Shown here: piece by piece, positions 49,301 through 61,885 of the stretch
Layout of the letters: every line of letters starts with the position of its first letter
How positions within the stretch are numbered: position 1 is the stretch's first letter
Source of the DNA: Takakia lepidozioides
Lineage: Eukaryota > Plantae > Bryophyta
DNA length: 64,000 nt
NCBI GenBank assembly: GCA_030704615.1
Contig: CM060732.1
Span: 42,718,001-42,782,000, forward strand
Reading direction: 5' to 3'
Translations under genes and position numbers: made by a program
The notes under the pieces: generated by a model
What the model saw: the letters and a program-made list of their open reading frames with translations, nothing else
The model's database searches: none
Told to the model about the DNA's origin: nothing

Positions 49301-50033
49301 GTCCCTTGGCAGTTTCTCCACTCTTTACCTCAAATTTGGCATACCGAACCCATGCCTTCACCGTCGGATGACATTGCACATACCTGTCATAAATTCCTCT
49401 TGCTCTGTCTATTTCGTTATACCGGAGCTCAAATTTGATGTAGGCAGACCAGCCATGGTGGTCAGGCTCCCACGCCATCCATCTTTCAAAGATCTGCCGA
49501 GCACCTGCTACATTACCAAGCATTTCTTCCATGTGAACATACTTATACCATAGCTGGTCGATCCGAGGAAGGAGGGATACAGCCCTGTCCCACACATTCC
49601 TTGCATGGTTTACAAACCGGTGCTTCATCTCCATCTCTGCATACTTCAGCCAAAGAGTGGTGTTGCGATAATCCACCTCCAGTGCTCTCTCCCAAATTGA
49701 CCTGGCCCGGGCAAAGTCTCTCTGGCTTTCTTCCCACTGTGCATATTTCACCCACACACTGGTGTTCCATCGCACTCGTCGAATTAGGTCTTCAAATTCC
49801 TTGCGTCTCCGCAGTCGATACTCTGCAAGCTCTTCAGTATCAGTGATTTTCTGCTTGGGAGGTCGAATTTCAGCCTCCTGTCGTTCCCTCGCCTCTCTTA
49901 GAATCTGTTCAGCTGTGATTTGTACAGGAGCCGGGGTCTTGTTCTTCACACGCGTCGGGCGAGGCAGCTTCACCTCCGTCTCCTTCCTGGTCAGAAACCC
50001 TAATGCAGGATCTGCCTCCTTCATCCCCATCAT
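46321..50033 (-). CDS. CRNKL1: Crooked neck / CLF1 / SYF3 pre-mRNA splicing factor (HAT repeats); exons 48877-50033, 48692-48757, 47980-48124, 47496-47714, 47150-47372, 46622-46820, 46321-46441
   Basis: Diagnostic N-terminus [23 protein letters not shown] repeats and C-terminal [26 protein letters not shown]. All six introns are GT-AG and phase-compatible. Confidence 0.97.
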
Positions 50034-50595
50034 GGCTGTCTATCTGCACCTTCTTCAACCACTTCACAGTTCACACTTCAAGAAAAACTACACCGCCCCA
50101 TACCCCCCACCAAAAACACAACCCCGCACAAAGTCTCCCCACCTGTGCTCACTCACAAGCGCACCCCCACACACACTCTTGTTTCTCACATTTCTCACAT
50201 TGTTTATGCCATTTCCGTGCTGTAGACAGCTAGCCCCATTATATTGGCAGCATATATTAGCCAGGGGATGTCTTCATGCACCAGTCAGGTCTGGAATTCA
50301 TTTTGTTCTCTCAATTGTTCTTACTCATGCCCTTTCTTGTTGGAGACAATGAATGCCATTACATTGGTACATCTGTGGTAGCATATGTTTGCGAGGTGAT
50401 GTCATTATACATGAATGTCGATCTGGTCCTCTACTTATTTGTTTGTTATGCATCCTAGCACCATAAGCTCTTTGGTCTTTCTGGCTGTGTAAAATTCTTT
50501 ATGCTAAACTGCTTCTACCACTTCCAATAGCTTGACCCAGGTCTAATTGACAAAAGACTACCAGAATGAGATAAAAGCAAAAGAGGAGTCCATAC

Positions 50596-51302
50596 CTTGA
50601 GATTGGTAATCTCTCCAGCAGCAAAAACGTTGGACTTGACTTCCGGTGCAGGTTTGCATCCAGCTTCAAACGGTCCTCGGTGTCCAGCAGATTTGAAAAT
50701 TCATAGTCTCATAACCATGAAGAGCCCAGGCGCTTCCGGACAGAGCCAAAATGGGGATCAACATTGATTGTTCCCCTTCTGTGTGGTGTACGTGGGCCCT
50801 TCCAGGACCTCAATCTCCACCCTGAATGCCACACAGAATGTGAGATTTGAATGGAGGAATGAGACTATTTTATATCACTATCGGGTCCTGCACAATCGAG
50901 TCATTTTGCAGGCTGTCAGAGGATCTGAAAACGGGACTGAAAATTTTGTGCACGGAATAAATTAGAGAACTCAAAGTTTTGCACGTCCTATGAAATGGAG
51001 CTCAGAGCTTCTTGGGCGCTTTGCATTTGTCCAGCTGCAAGGATTTCTTTGATTAAGTTGTTCTGGAAAAATTCAAGTTTGAACGTACGGCATACTTCAG
51101 GTAATACAAACATATATCGGAGCTGCACAAACAAGTTAACTGAACTAATTGGTGTCTACTGCACATGGATTGGATGGTGCGGGTACACAACCTGAATGAC
51201 CTCCACCTTCTTGGACTCGAGCCACTTGAGGGTCTTTCCAGAGGCTTTGAGCCCCAGCAAATCCAACAACCTCTCACTCGAAGACACAAGGGTGACCTTC
51301 AT
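50596..51302 (-). pseudogene. AIFM2/FSP1-like FAD/NAD(P)H oxidoreductase fragment
   Basis: Hand translation: KVTLVSSSERLLDLLGLKASGKTLKWLESKKVEVI (51302-51195), then across frameshifts TYTTQKG.TINVDPHF...GSSWL*...LLDTEDRLKLDANLH..SNVFAAGEITNLK|GT (50822-50596). Absent from the ORF track. Confidence 0.75.
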
Positions 51303-53426
51303 ATACTGATGTACTCAAATCAAATTCCTCCTTCAGGGCAGATCAAATCACCAAGTCCTCCACACTCAATCACTAAACGGCAGACACTCTACGAGAGCAA
51401 GCATTCAACCGCAAGTCCGAAAGACCAGTAACCTGTCTCGCACAGATCGCACAACCCTAAATCCTGGCATGCACTGGGCCCTCCCTAAAACCCTACCTGG
51501 GCCCTGAAGCAAACAAGCAAAGGAAGAAATTAATATTAATTAACATATCAGTTTTTATATTTGACTTCTCCGTCCCTGAAAAGACAAAATAGCCCCTCTC
51601 AAGTTCCAAGTTGGATTTGTTTGATGGAAAGTTGTTTCATCCATTCTCTCACTCGTCAGCCCATTTCGAGGCGTTTCCGTTGTCAGAATGGGCCTGCCCT
51701 AAGTGGGGCTCACCTGTTTTGCCAAAACATGCGTACACCCCACTGGATGCTTTAAGAGATTCCACAGCCCGGACAAATGATAATATTCCGGGACAACATT
51801 CCAAATCTCAGGACACATGCTGTCCCGGGCTTTAACTGTTTAAAAAAAGATTCTCAGTCGGGCTTTTTCACAACCCCTGAGCAGTACCAGGGCTCTTCTT
51901 CGCTCTGATGAAGATCAGCTCACTGGGCTTGCCCTTTAACTTCGGCTATGACGCATTTGTGAAAGGGCAGATTTCCCATGCGGTTCTCCTTTTTTCTTTT
52001 CTTGGTCGATTGATGGATGAGCTTGTCTATGGGTGCGGTGCACACGGGAACCTTTATAATCTTTCTTCTTCGTTCTCGCTGGCTTTCCACCCCTTCAGGT
52101 TTTGTCATGTTCGCATTTTGAGAATCAATTGTAAGGGCTTGCCTAGATGAGCAGAATTTCGCACTTGTTGCTTGTTAACAATTACTGCCTGGCTTCTTAA
52201 ATTGTCAGCTCAAGGCTTGTATGAATTTTCGTAAAGAAGGAATGTTCAAGCTGGGAAATTGGTGAACGATTCAAGTGAGGTTGCAATTTTTGGAGAGGAT
52301 GCAATCTTAAGAAATTTCTAGCTTGGGTGGTCAAATTTTCAGTTTTGAAGTGCTGGATAAAGCATTATGAAGACGGTATGATGCGGACAGGATGGAATGC
52401 TGAAGGTGACAAGGGTGGTGGTGGCGCGGTTTCGAGTAATTTAGGGGAGCATTTGAATGCAGTTGTTTTGATGCAATTGGCCTCCTTCTCATGATCCGCC
52501 TGACATGCTGACCAACACTGATTCAATCCTCCCTGCATATTTTCTGTTCAGAGTGACTTCAGCACCTTTTTCACACAGGCCATTTTTGTCGGTCTTTTAT
52601 TGAGATTTGAAGCTGGCAGGTTTGCTGGTATTGGAATGCAGCTTTTAATTTCAAAGCTCGGTCTTGTTTGGGACTCAAGCTGAAAAGGTAGGTCGTCATG
52701 ATTCTGCCTTTGCGAGGTATTGCATCGAGGTATTCATGCATAGTACACTTCTTACAAAAGCTCACACACCCGATATCCCTCAGTATACCTTAATTGTTCA
52801 CAGTCTTTTGTTTTTGGACTCGCAGTTTGTAGAGAGGCAACGCTAGTGAGGGCATGCAGATTGATGAGCATGTATGTCAGTAAGTACTACTGACATTGCT
52901 CTAAGAAGTAGGAATAGACAATGGACGTGGTTATTATAAAGAGACAGAGCTGGACCTTTTTTTAAAGCATGTCTCTTGATTGAACCACAGAAAACTTGGA
53001 CATAAGCTAGAATTCCAGTCTTTACCTTTTTCTGGCCAAAAAACACAAAGTGCCCATGACAGTTTTCCTTGAGCTTATGTAGACTACGTTTAGAGTTAAG
53101 ACTCTATGGAGCAAAACTTTGGTTGTTTTTAAGTCAAGTACGCCAGTATTTTTTTCTGATTCTTTCTTCATCAATTTTGCGTCTGCGCGAGTGATCAGTC
53201 ATGTACATAACAGTTTTCAATAGATACCCTAAACTCAAAAGTTCGACTTTACATGTAGACGCCGATAACAGTAATTTGTACCAATCCAGTGAGCCTCTTC
53301 ATAAAATATATGAGTTCCTGACTTCAGTCAGAAACCAAAAACTGCATGTGCATTATACAACCCGAATCCCAAAATCCGTATTCGTCAATGGTAAACTGGA
53401 AACCACAGCACTGGTACGAAAGTTTT

Positions 53427-55352
53427 TCAAAATTGGTTCGAAGTCCGAGTCTCTAGAGCTAGAAGGTGGGTGGACTTTTCCTGCAGTCTATATGGTGCTG
53501 CTGCCGTTTGATTCAACACGCATAACATCCATTCCCCAGAAAACCTGACTGGTCGCATCTTGTTTTCTATCTTGTTCCCAAAATTTACTCCAACTGCGGT
53601 CACTTCAATGCTAGAGCGCCCGAAATACATTGATATTTTGATTTCCCGATCTTTGTCTAACTTCAGACCATCGGAAATATCAACTGTAAATGATCCTTCC
53701 AGTGTGCAGTCCTGTCCTGTGGTTGAACTTGGACAAACCTCGGAAGAGCTGTACAGGTCGATCGTCAGTTTTGTCTGACCATACCGACTTGGGCAAGCGA
53801 TATGGCTCACACACTGATCGACGTCTACCTGGTTTCCCTTCTCCATGTAGACATTAAAAGCATTGTCGCATTTGACCTCACCATCTACTATTACACGGTA
53901 TTCAATAGGGTCCTGACCCAATTCAAAATCTTTCAGCATCTCTATGCCGTATGTTTTTCTTGCGACTCTTGAGAGAATGATTTCCGGGTGGATTGACAGT
54001 GCAACTGCACCCTGGCATACTGCACTTCCAGGATCGGGGGGACTGATAATTTCATCCACCTGAGAAGAAAATCTCTCTTTGATTCTCTTCATCAAGTAAG
54101 GGGATCCGGAGAAACCCCCAACTACAAGTATCACCTTAACGTCCCCGGCCTGAGACAACTGTGCCGCAATAAGAGCAAGGATTTGCTCTACAACAGGATA
54201 AAAAATGCTCACCAAATCTGCGCATGTCAGCACCACATCATCGTAGTTCTTGTCCGAGTCGGTGGAGCTATCGCCCTCGTACTCCTCCCATGCTGAAACC
54301 AATTTGCCTGGCAGCGGGAGGGTTGCTGTCGTACCCAGTTCACCATTGAAACTGCACTTGCTACCTTCCCACCACAAAAGTAATTTGGGCAAGGTGGATG
54401 GATTCTCGTTCAAAAACTTGCTAAGTCACCCAATTCTCTTTGACAGAAAATCCACGAAATTTTCGTCCGCGTAAGTGCCACCACATAGACCTCCTGAGCT
54501 CCGCGTCACTTCTTTTACTTTGAGTGTTCCGTGAGCATTCTTCTTTTCATGAACCACCATGTCGGCAGTTCCACCTCCGATATCAGCTACCAAAAACTTG
54601 TCCCCTTTCCCGAGATTCAAGTGTTTGATTTTTTTATGGCAATACATTGCCGCCGCCTCCGGTTCAAGGGCAACGATGAGTGGATGGGGGCTGGCATGCA
54701 TCTCATTCGGACCCCCAACAATTCCAGCCTTTTCCATACAAAATTTCATCTGTTGCTTGGAGGTGTCGCTCCAAATAGAGGGAACAGTAACACACCACTG
54801 TATCTGCTCCTTGCTCACTTGGTTTCCGAACCGAGTCTGGAGGTGGTCTATTATGAAAAGCGAAATCTCCCTCAAGAAATCTGTGATGACGCGGCCCGTA
54901 GTCAGACTTGGTGGAAGGGTTATAGCTGATGAGGGTCCGTCATCTTTGCTCGCAAGATGTAGCTGAAACCGCTTCAGATAGTGACCTATATTAGCCACCT
55001 TCTTGAAGCATCTTGAAGACCTTAAGGAAGACTGAACATCCTTTAAATGCTCGACCAAAGCTCTCCATCCCCAAGCCTTCAGTTGAAGACCTTGTTGACC
55101 TTCCAAGCTGCTCACAGGTTTGTAATACAAACCTGTTAAAGTCTTGCAATATGGTCTTCCTCCTCCTTCTGTCTGTTGAGGCCAATCATAGAATGCAAAG
55201 ATATCTTCGGGATCTGATATGTGTGCATAAGCAAAGCCTGAAAACGTGGTGCCGAAATCCAGTCCCACCACAAATCTGGCACCAGGGAGTGTTGTGTAGT
55301 CCACACCCGCGATGATTCCTTCAAAATCGGAAGAGCAGATTCTGCTAGACAT
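53427..55352 (-). pseudogene. Intronless HSPA12-type Hsp70/actin-like ATPase with a single in-frame TGA (54426-54428)
   Basis: VVGLDFGTTFSGFAYA, WCVTVPSIW, ALEPEAAA, VADIGGGTAD, LVVGGFSGSPYL and AVCQGAV. ORFs 54426-55391 and 53427-54413 share one frame (IG*LSKFLNE). Likely ATG at 55352. Confidence 0.9.
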
Positions 55353-55421
55353 TCTCTCAATGTGTGGAAGAACATACAGTCTCCCCTTCAATCCGTGGAA
55401 GAGCTCTAGATAGTAACCTCT

Positions 55422-56086
55422 TGTTAGGTGCCAGGAACGAAGATCGACCTGTCAACCAGTTTGGAATAACAAGAGACTGCTAGAATATCGCCGAACTGAC
55501 AGTTGCAGGTAAAATGGAGCAGGCTCGCGTGCATGAAGAGATCCAGGACTAGGGATTTAATGATGTGTGCGTGGAGATGGCAAGATGGTTGGAGAAGGGA
55601 TGATGGCGTACAGGCGCCTGGAGCAGATCTGGATGTGCGTGGAAGCTGATTTGTAGCACGGCGTGGTGGCTGGGTGGACCGGATGCTATAGCCGGTGCTG
55701 TGCTTTTAGAGTGTAGGTTGATGTTGGAATAGACGTCACTGGCCTTTGATGCCTTGCAGCGGCAGGGACTGTGATTTCTCTTTTGTATAGAGTGATGGTG
55801 TAAACCCTGTGAATAGCTTGGAACAAGAAAGGTTCGCTTTAAGACTTGTGAATATGCTTTCGTGAAGAACAGGGGTGAACTATCGTGGAGTGGGGTGATC
55901 TCTATTACGATCTGAGTCAATGAACAGTGACTGGAATAAAAGAAAATGGTCATATGAGTCCGTATTGACGTTGATTCAAGCAAGCAATTTTCTTGGGATC
56001 CTTATAGATTCCTTATGAACGGCAAGATAAGAAAAGGGCCTGAATTTGTTCTGTAGTTGGACTGAGGAAAGAGAGTATCATTTTCA
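55422..56086 (+). repeat. 5' LTR of element 2
   Basis: 665-bp direct repeat with 60600-61258; a few substitutions and a 9-bp indel. Confidence 0.97.
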
Positions 56087-56165
56087 AGTGGTATCAGAGC
56101 CGTTTTGCGATCGGGGAGAACAGATTGTGAATTTCGGAATTTCCAGAAGTAGGGTAATCGTGTGA

Positions 56166-59100
56166 ATGAGCCAGATCTCGTTTGGCTCTGTGAGCACACA
56201 CCCTGGTGACGATGATCACGATAGTGAAATGGCGGGAGACCGTGAGCGCTCAGATGCGGCCAGTCTGCACCGAGCTTCAGATCGCGAACATGGAAGTCAG
56301 TTGTTTTCCCAGAAACAGATAGAGGCGTTAGGTACTTTGATTCGATCTGAGATACAAAAATTGGCCCCTGCACAAACTCAAACTGAAAAGCGATCTAGGG
56401 AGCTGCCTATGAGTGAGCCATTGAATGAGGGCAAATCTGAGGCCGACTCCCATGAAGCCAAGATGAAAAGAAGCAAGGATGTCACCAGGGAAATCAGAAG
56501 ATTGGTGAGATTGCCAGAATTTTATGGTAAGCCATCTGTCAAGCCCGAGGAAATATTGTCTTTCTTGGATACATTAGAAGAGTTCTTTGAGGACGATTAT
56601 TCAGAGGAAGCCAAGATACAAACAACTGCTCTACAGCTCCGTGATGCCGCCAAGCTATGGTGGTCGCGCCAGAAGCAGGAACGCCGTGAACACAAGAAAC
56701 CACCTGTGGATAGTTGGGCTATGTTTAAGACACTGTTCTTAGCCCACTACCTACCTGACGACTATGCACACAAGATGAAAGTTGAATTGTTCAGGCTGAA
56801 ACAGGAGACTATGAGCGTGAGAGAGTTTAAGACGAGATTTGAAACCCATGCCAGTTATTTCTCCTCGTTGAGTGAAGAGGACAGAGTTGATTTTTTTGTT
56901 GATGGCCTCAGTGATTCTCTCAAATTTAAGGTCAAAGCCCACAACCCTCGTACCGAGGCAGAAGCATATCGTTTGGCCTGTAATTTTGAGAACGAAGTGA
57001 GGGCACAACGTTCTTCGAATTTTGCTCGTGGCATGGCAGAGTTCAAGCCTAGATCATCTGGTCCTTGGCAGTCACCAGCGAAGAGAGGGAATTGGAAGAG
57101 ATTTAAACCGTTTAAGAAGGTGGGGGATCAAGCTACACGGAGACCGCCCATGAGGGCTCCTTCAAGGCTCACTTTCAAAGAGCAGGAAGAACACAGGCGT
57201 AAGGGTTTGTGTTTCTTGTGCCATGAACCCGGACACAGAGCTGCTGAGTGTATGAAGTACCCGAATTATCGTCAGGCTCGACAGACAGCCGCCTTGATAG
57301 TTGAAGAACCTGCAGAACCTTGTGCGGTTGTTGAAACTGGGGAGAAGTCAGGACAAGAAAAAAGGAAAGGTCCTAATGTGCGGGTTTCTGCAGCTATCAT
57401 TGGAGACCAAATAGAGCATGACCCCAGTGTGATACGGGTTCAGGGGAGAGTTGCTAAAATTCCCACTCAAGTGCTGATTGATACATGCAGCACTCATAAC
57501 CTGTTGTTAAAGGATTTTGCTGACAAGTTGGGACTAGTTCAAGAAGACATGCAACCCTGTCAAATCCTGTCACCAGATGGTGGCGTGGATTCTACGCACA
57601 AACACATCCCAAAGGTACCGATGGTCATGCAAGGAGTACAAACTATGGCTGACTTCGAGGTCTGGGAGGGAGCTCGGTACGACTGCATCCTTGGCATGCG
57701 GTGGCTGGATCCGGTTGATGCTGTGGTGGCTTGCAAATCCGGATTGGTTAGTGGTACCTTGCCCAACGGGAAGGGATTCAATATCAAAGGTACTAGAGCT
57801 CTTCCCAATGTACCTGTCTTGTCAGCTATTCAGATGAAGAGATGTATGCGGAGGGGAAATGCTCAACTTTTTACTGTTAGCTTGCATGAGGTATTGGAAA
57901 CAAATCAGGGAGAAGGGAAGTCGCATCCCAGACTTGGCCTAATCCTGAATGAATATAAAGATATGTTTCTTGATGAGATCCCTGGGATGCCCCCTGAACG
58001 GGAGGTTGATCATGCTATCGAGTTGATGTCAGATGCTGTACCGGTTGCAAGGGCACCGTACAGGCATTCAATTGCAGAAAGTGAAGAGTTAGAAAGGCAG
58101 TTGAATGACCTGTTGGAAAAGGGGTATATACGTCCAAGTAAATCCCCTTGGGGTGCCCCTGTAATGTTTAAGAAGAAGAAAGACGGGACTTTGAGACTGT
58201 GTGTGGACTATAGATGGTTGAATAAGGTCACCATCAAGAATAAGTTTTCTTTGCCTCGTGTGGACGATTTGTTTGACTATCTATATGGGAGTCAGGTTTT
58301 TTCAAAACTTGATTTTCGATCTGGATATCATCAGATACGGATCAAGAATTCTGACATACCAAAGACAGGATTTCGATCTCGTTTTGGTCATTACGAATTC
58401 TTGGTGATGCCATTTGGGCTCACGAATGCTCCAACAACATTTACTCATATGATGAATTCTCTGTTCCAGAAATATTTGGGGAAGATGGTCCTAGTCTACA
58501 TGGATGATATACTAATATATTCGAAGTCTGAAGAAGAACATGAACAACATTTACGCTTGGTCTTAGACATACTGAGAGAGAGCCATCTGTTTGCTAAGAG
58601 AAGCAAGTGTGAGTTCTTTGTAGACCACATGGATTACTTGGGATTTTGCATCTCCAAAGATGGAATCTCAATTGATCCTAAGAAAGTCCAGACCGTGGTT
58701 GAATGGCCTAAACCAAGTGATAAGACTGAGGTCAGGAGCTTTATTGGGTTTGCTAGCTTCCTACGGAAGTTCGTCAAATCTTTTTCACAGATTGCAGCCC
58801 CTTTGACTGACCTGCTTAAGGACTCGAGTCCTGTAAGCTTGAGGGACGTCTAGACAAGAGAATGTGATAACAGTTTCGAGAAATTGAAGTTTGCCTTGAC
58901 ACATGCTCTTGTACTAAGATTGCTCGACCCTGCGAAGGGAGCAATCGTACTATGTACCGATGCAAGTAATTTTGCTATTGGGGCAGTGCTGATGCAAGAT
59001 GGGCAAGTGATTGCCTACGAATATCGAAAGATCAGTCCAGCAGAAAAGAATTACCCAACTCATGAAAAAGAACGTTGACAATAGTTCATGCTCTGAAGAT

Positions 59101-60605
59101 ATGGAGGCATTATTTGCTTCCAGTTGATTTTGTGATAGAGACTGACCATCAGAGTTTGAAATACTTGACCACACAACCTCATTTGAGTCAGAGGCAGATT
59201 AGGTGGTCAGAACTGCTTCAGCAGTTCCATTATGACCTAAAGTATATCAAGGGGAGAGAGAACGTGATTGCTGATGCACTTTCTAGGAGACCATTACAAA
59301 CTAATGTTGTCTCATGCGTCAGTAGCACTATAATTCAAGACATTAAAGGTCAGTATGAGGTCGATGAATTCTTCAAAGAGCCATTCAAGAGTTTGTCTCG
59401 TGACCAAAGAACTTCTATTGAGAAAGAGAAGTACCGGCCATACCTCTTGAGAGATGGGGTGTTATTTTATGATGGTCGGCTGTGTGTTCCCCTGATTCCA
59501 GACTTGAGATTGCGGATTATTCATGACAGTCACAATATTCCAATCTCTGGACACCCGGGCTTTCAGAGAACCTATTAATATCATGGTGGTTGTAGATAGG
59601 CTGTCTAAGATAGCCCACTTGATACCTACAAGGATGAGTGCTACGGCATCTGATGTTGCATCCTTGTACATGAAAGAGATATTCAGGATCCATGGTCTGC
59701 CTCGGGAGATTATTTGTGACAGGGACTCAAAGTTTACAAGTCATTTTTGGATTGATTTGTTCAAGAAATTGGGAACCAAGGTGAAACTGAGTACGGCCTT
59801 TCACCCAGAAACAGAAGCTCAAACAGAAAGGACCAACCGTACAATAGAAGATATGTTGAGGATGTACGTTGGTGAAAGACGGTCCTCTTGGGAACAATAT
59901 CTGTATATGGTGGAATTTGCTTATAACAAGCATTTCCATAGTGCCATTGGCATGAGCCCATTTGAAGCTTTATATGGACGAGATTGCTTGGCTCCTGATT
60001 CGCTTATTACACCACCATCAAGTATGCAGAGTGTGAATGACAGAATCAAAGAGATCCACTCTGTCCTAGATCTGGTGAAGCATAGTATGCAGGCTGCACA
60101 AGAACGGGCCAAGTTCTTTGCTGATAAGCACATGACTTTTCGTGAATTTGCCATTGGTGATATGGTGTTTTTGAAAGTTACACCTAAAAGAAACAATCTA
60201 ACACTGGGCAAGTGTTATAAGTTGTCACCAAGGTTTTGTGGCCCGTTTAAAATCCTGGAACGCCATGGCACAATGGCCTATGAGTTGGATCTACCTCCAA
60301 CATGGAAGATCCATAAAACTTTCCATGTCAGCCTTCTCCGGAGGTATATGTCAGACCCATCACACATCTTGCCGACGTTGCCTCAAGCCATGAATGATGG
60401 TCAGCTGATGGCTGAACCCGAAAAGATTCTAGAAACACGAGTGAAGCACCTACGCAACCGTTCTTGGAAAGAACATTTGATTAAGTGGTTGCATTACCCA
60501 GAGACAGAAACTACTTGGGAGAAGGAAAATGAATTGACATTGAGTTACCCCTCATTTTCTGTCATTGAGGACAATGACCTATCTTTGGGAGGGGGAATTT
60601 GTTAG
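56166..60605 (+). pseudogene. gag-pol of element 2 (stop, frameshifts, integrase deletion, chromodomain-like C-terminus)
   Basis: [41 protein letters not shown] and EPEKILETR..HLIKW..TTWE. Confidence 0.95.
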
Positions 60606-61258
60606 GTGCCAGGAACGAAGATCGACCTGTCAACCAGTTTGGAATAACAAGAGACTGCTAGAATATCGCCGAACTGACAGTTGTAGGTAAAATGGAGCAG
60701 GCTCGCGTGCATAAAGAGATCCAGGACTAGGGATTTAATGATGTGTGCGTGGAGATGGCAAGATGGTTGGAGAAGGGATGATGGCGTACAGGCGCCTGGA
60801 GCAGATCTGGATGCGCGTGAAAGCTGATTTGTAGCACGGCGTGGTGGCTGGGTGGACCGGATGCTATAGCCGGTGCTGTGCTTTTAGAGTGTAGGTTGAT
60901 GTTGGAATAGACGTCACTGGCCTTTGATGCCTTGCAGCGGCAGGGACTGTGATTTCTCTTTTGATGGTGTAAACCCTGTGAATAACTTGGAACAAGAAAG
61001 GTTCGCTTTAAGACTTGTGAATATGCTTTCGTGAAGAACAGTGGTGAACGATCGTGGAGTGGGGTGATCTCTATTACGATCTGAGTCAATGAACAGTGAC
61101 TGGAATAAAAGAAAATGGTCATATGAGTCCGTATTGACGTTGATTCAAGCAAGCAATTTTCTTGGGATCCTGATAGATTCCCTATGAACGGCAAGATAAG
61201 AAAAGGGCCTGAATTTGTTCTGTAGTTGGACTGAGGAAAGAGAGTAAGATCCTTTTCA
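60600..61258 (+). repeat. 3' LTR of element 2
   Basis: 659-bp direct repeat with 55422-56086. Confidence 0.97.
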
Positions 61259-61885
61259 CCTCTCCTTTAATCTGTGGTAGAAGAGCAGGTTCGGCTATCT
61301 AGATATACTTCTCCTTTAACCCGTGGAAGTACAGATTCGGCTATCTAGATAGTTTCCCTTGAATCCGTGTAAGAGCTCTAGATAGTCGTCTCTCCTTTAA
61401 TCCCTGGAAGAAGAGCAGATTCGGTCAGATATGATTCTGATCAGCCTTTAATCCGTGGAATCTTGAGCTGATCTTGAGCTGATATATAATTCGGCTCAAG
61501 GTAGTCTCTCCTTTAATCGGTGGAAGAGCAGATTCGGCTATCTAGATACACTTCTCCTTTAACCCTTAAAAGAGCAGATTCGGCTATCTAGATGCACTTC
61601 TCCTTTAACCCGTGAAAGAGCAGATTCGGCTATCTAGATAGTTTCCCTTCAATCAGTGTAAGAGCTCTAGATAGTACGTTGTCTCTCGGTCAGATATGAT
61701 TTTCAATCCGTGGAAGCTTGAGCTGATAATTCGGCTCAAGGAGGGCTCAAGGTAGTCTCCCCTTAATCGACCGGTGGAAGAGCAGATTCGGCTCTAGATA
61801 TGTTTCTCCTTAATTAATATTCCGTGGAAGAGCAGATTCGGCTAGTATCTCTGCAAATTGAGATCATATTGTCTCTCCTTTAAAT
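61259..61885 (+). repeat. Minisatellite (about 35-50 bp variable units, TCTCCTTTAATCCGTGGAAGAGCAGATTCGGCTATCTAGATA); continues left of the LTR element at about 55325-55421
   Basis: More than 10 variant units are visible, and the same motif occurs at 55381-55415 and 55329-55349. Confidence 0.9.

Larger units (their letters stand above)
55422..61258 (+). mobile_element. Full-length Ty3/gypsy chromovirus LTR retrotransposon (Tekay/Reina-like)
   Basis: LTRs 55422-56086 and 60600-61258. TSD CCTCT (55417-55421 / 61259-61263). PBS TGGTATCAGAGC at 56089-56100. PPT GGGAGGGGGAA at about 60587-60597. Confidence 0.97.

Noticed and set aside
54426-54428. TGA as selenocysteine or programmed readthrough
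   Set aside because: Land plants lack Sec machinery, and a simple nonsense mutation or sequencing error is more parsimonious.
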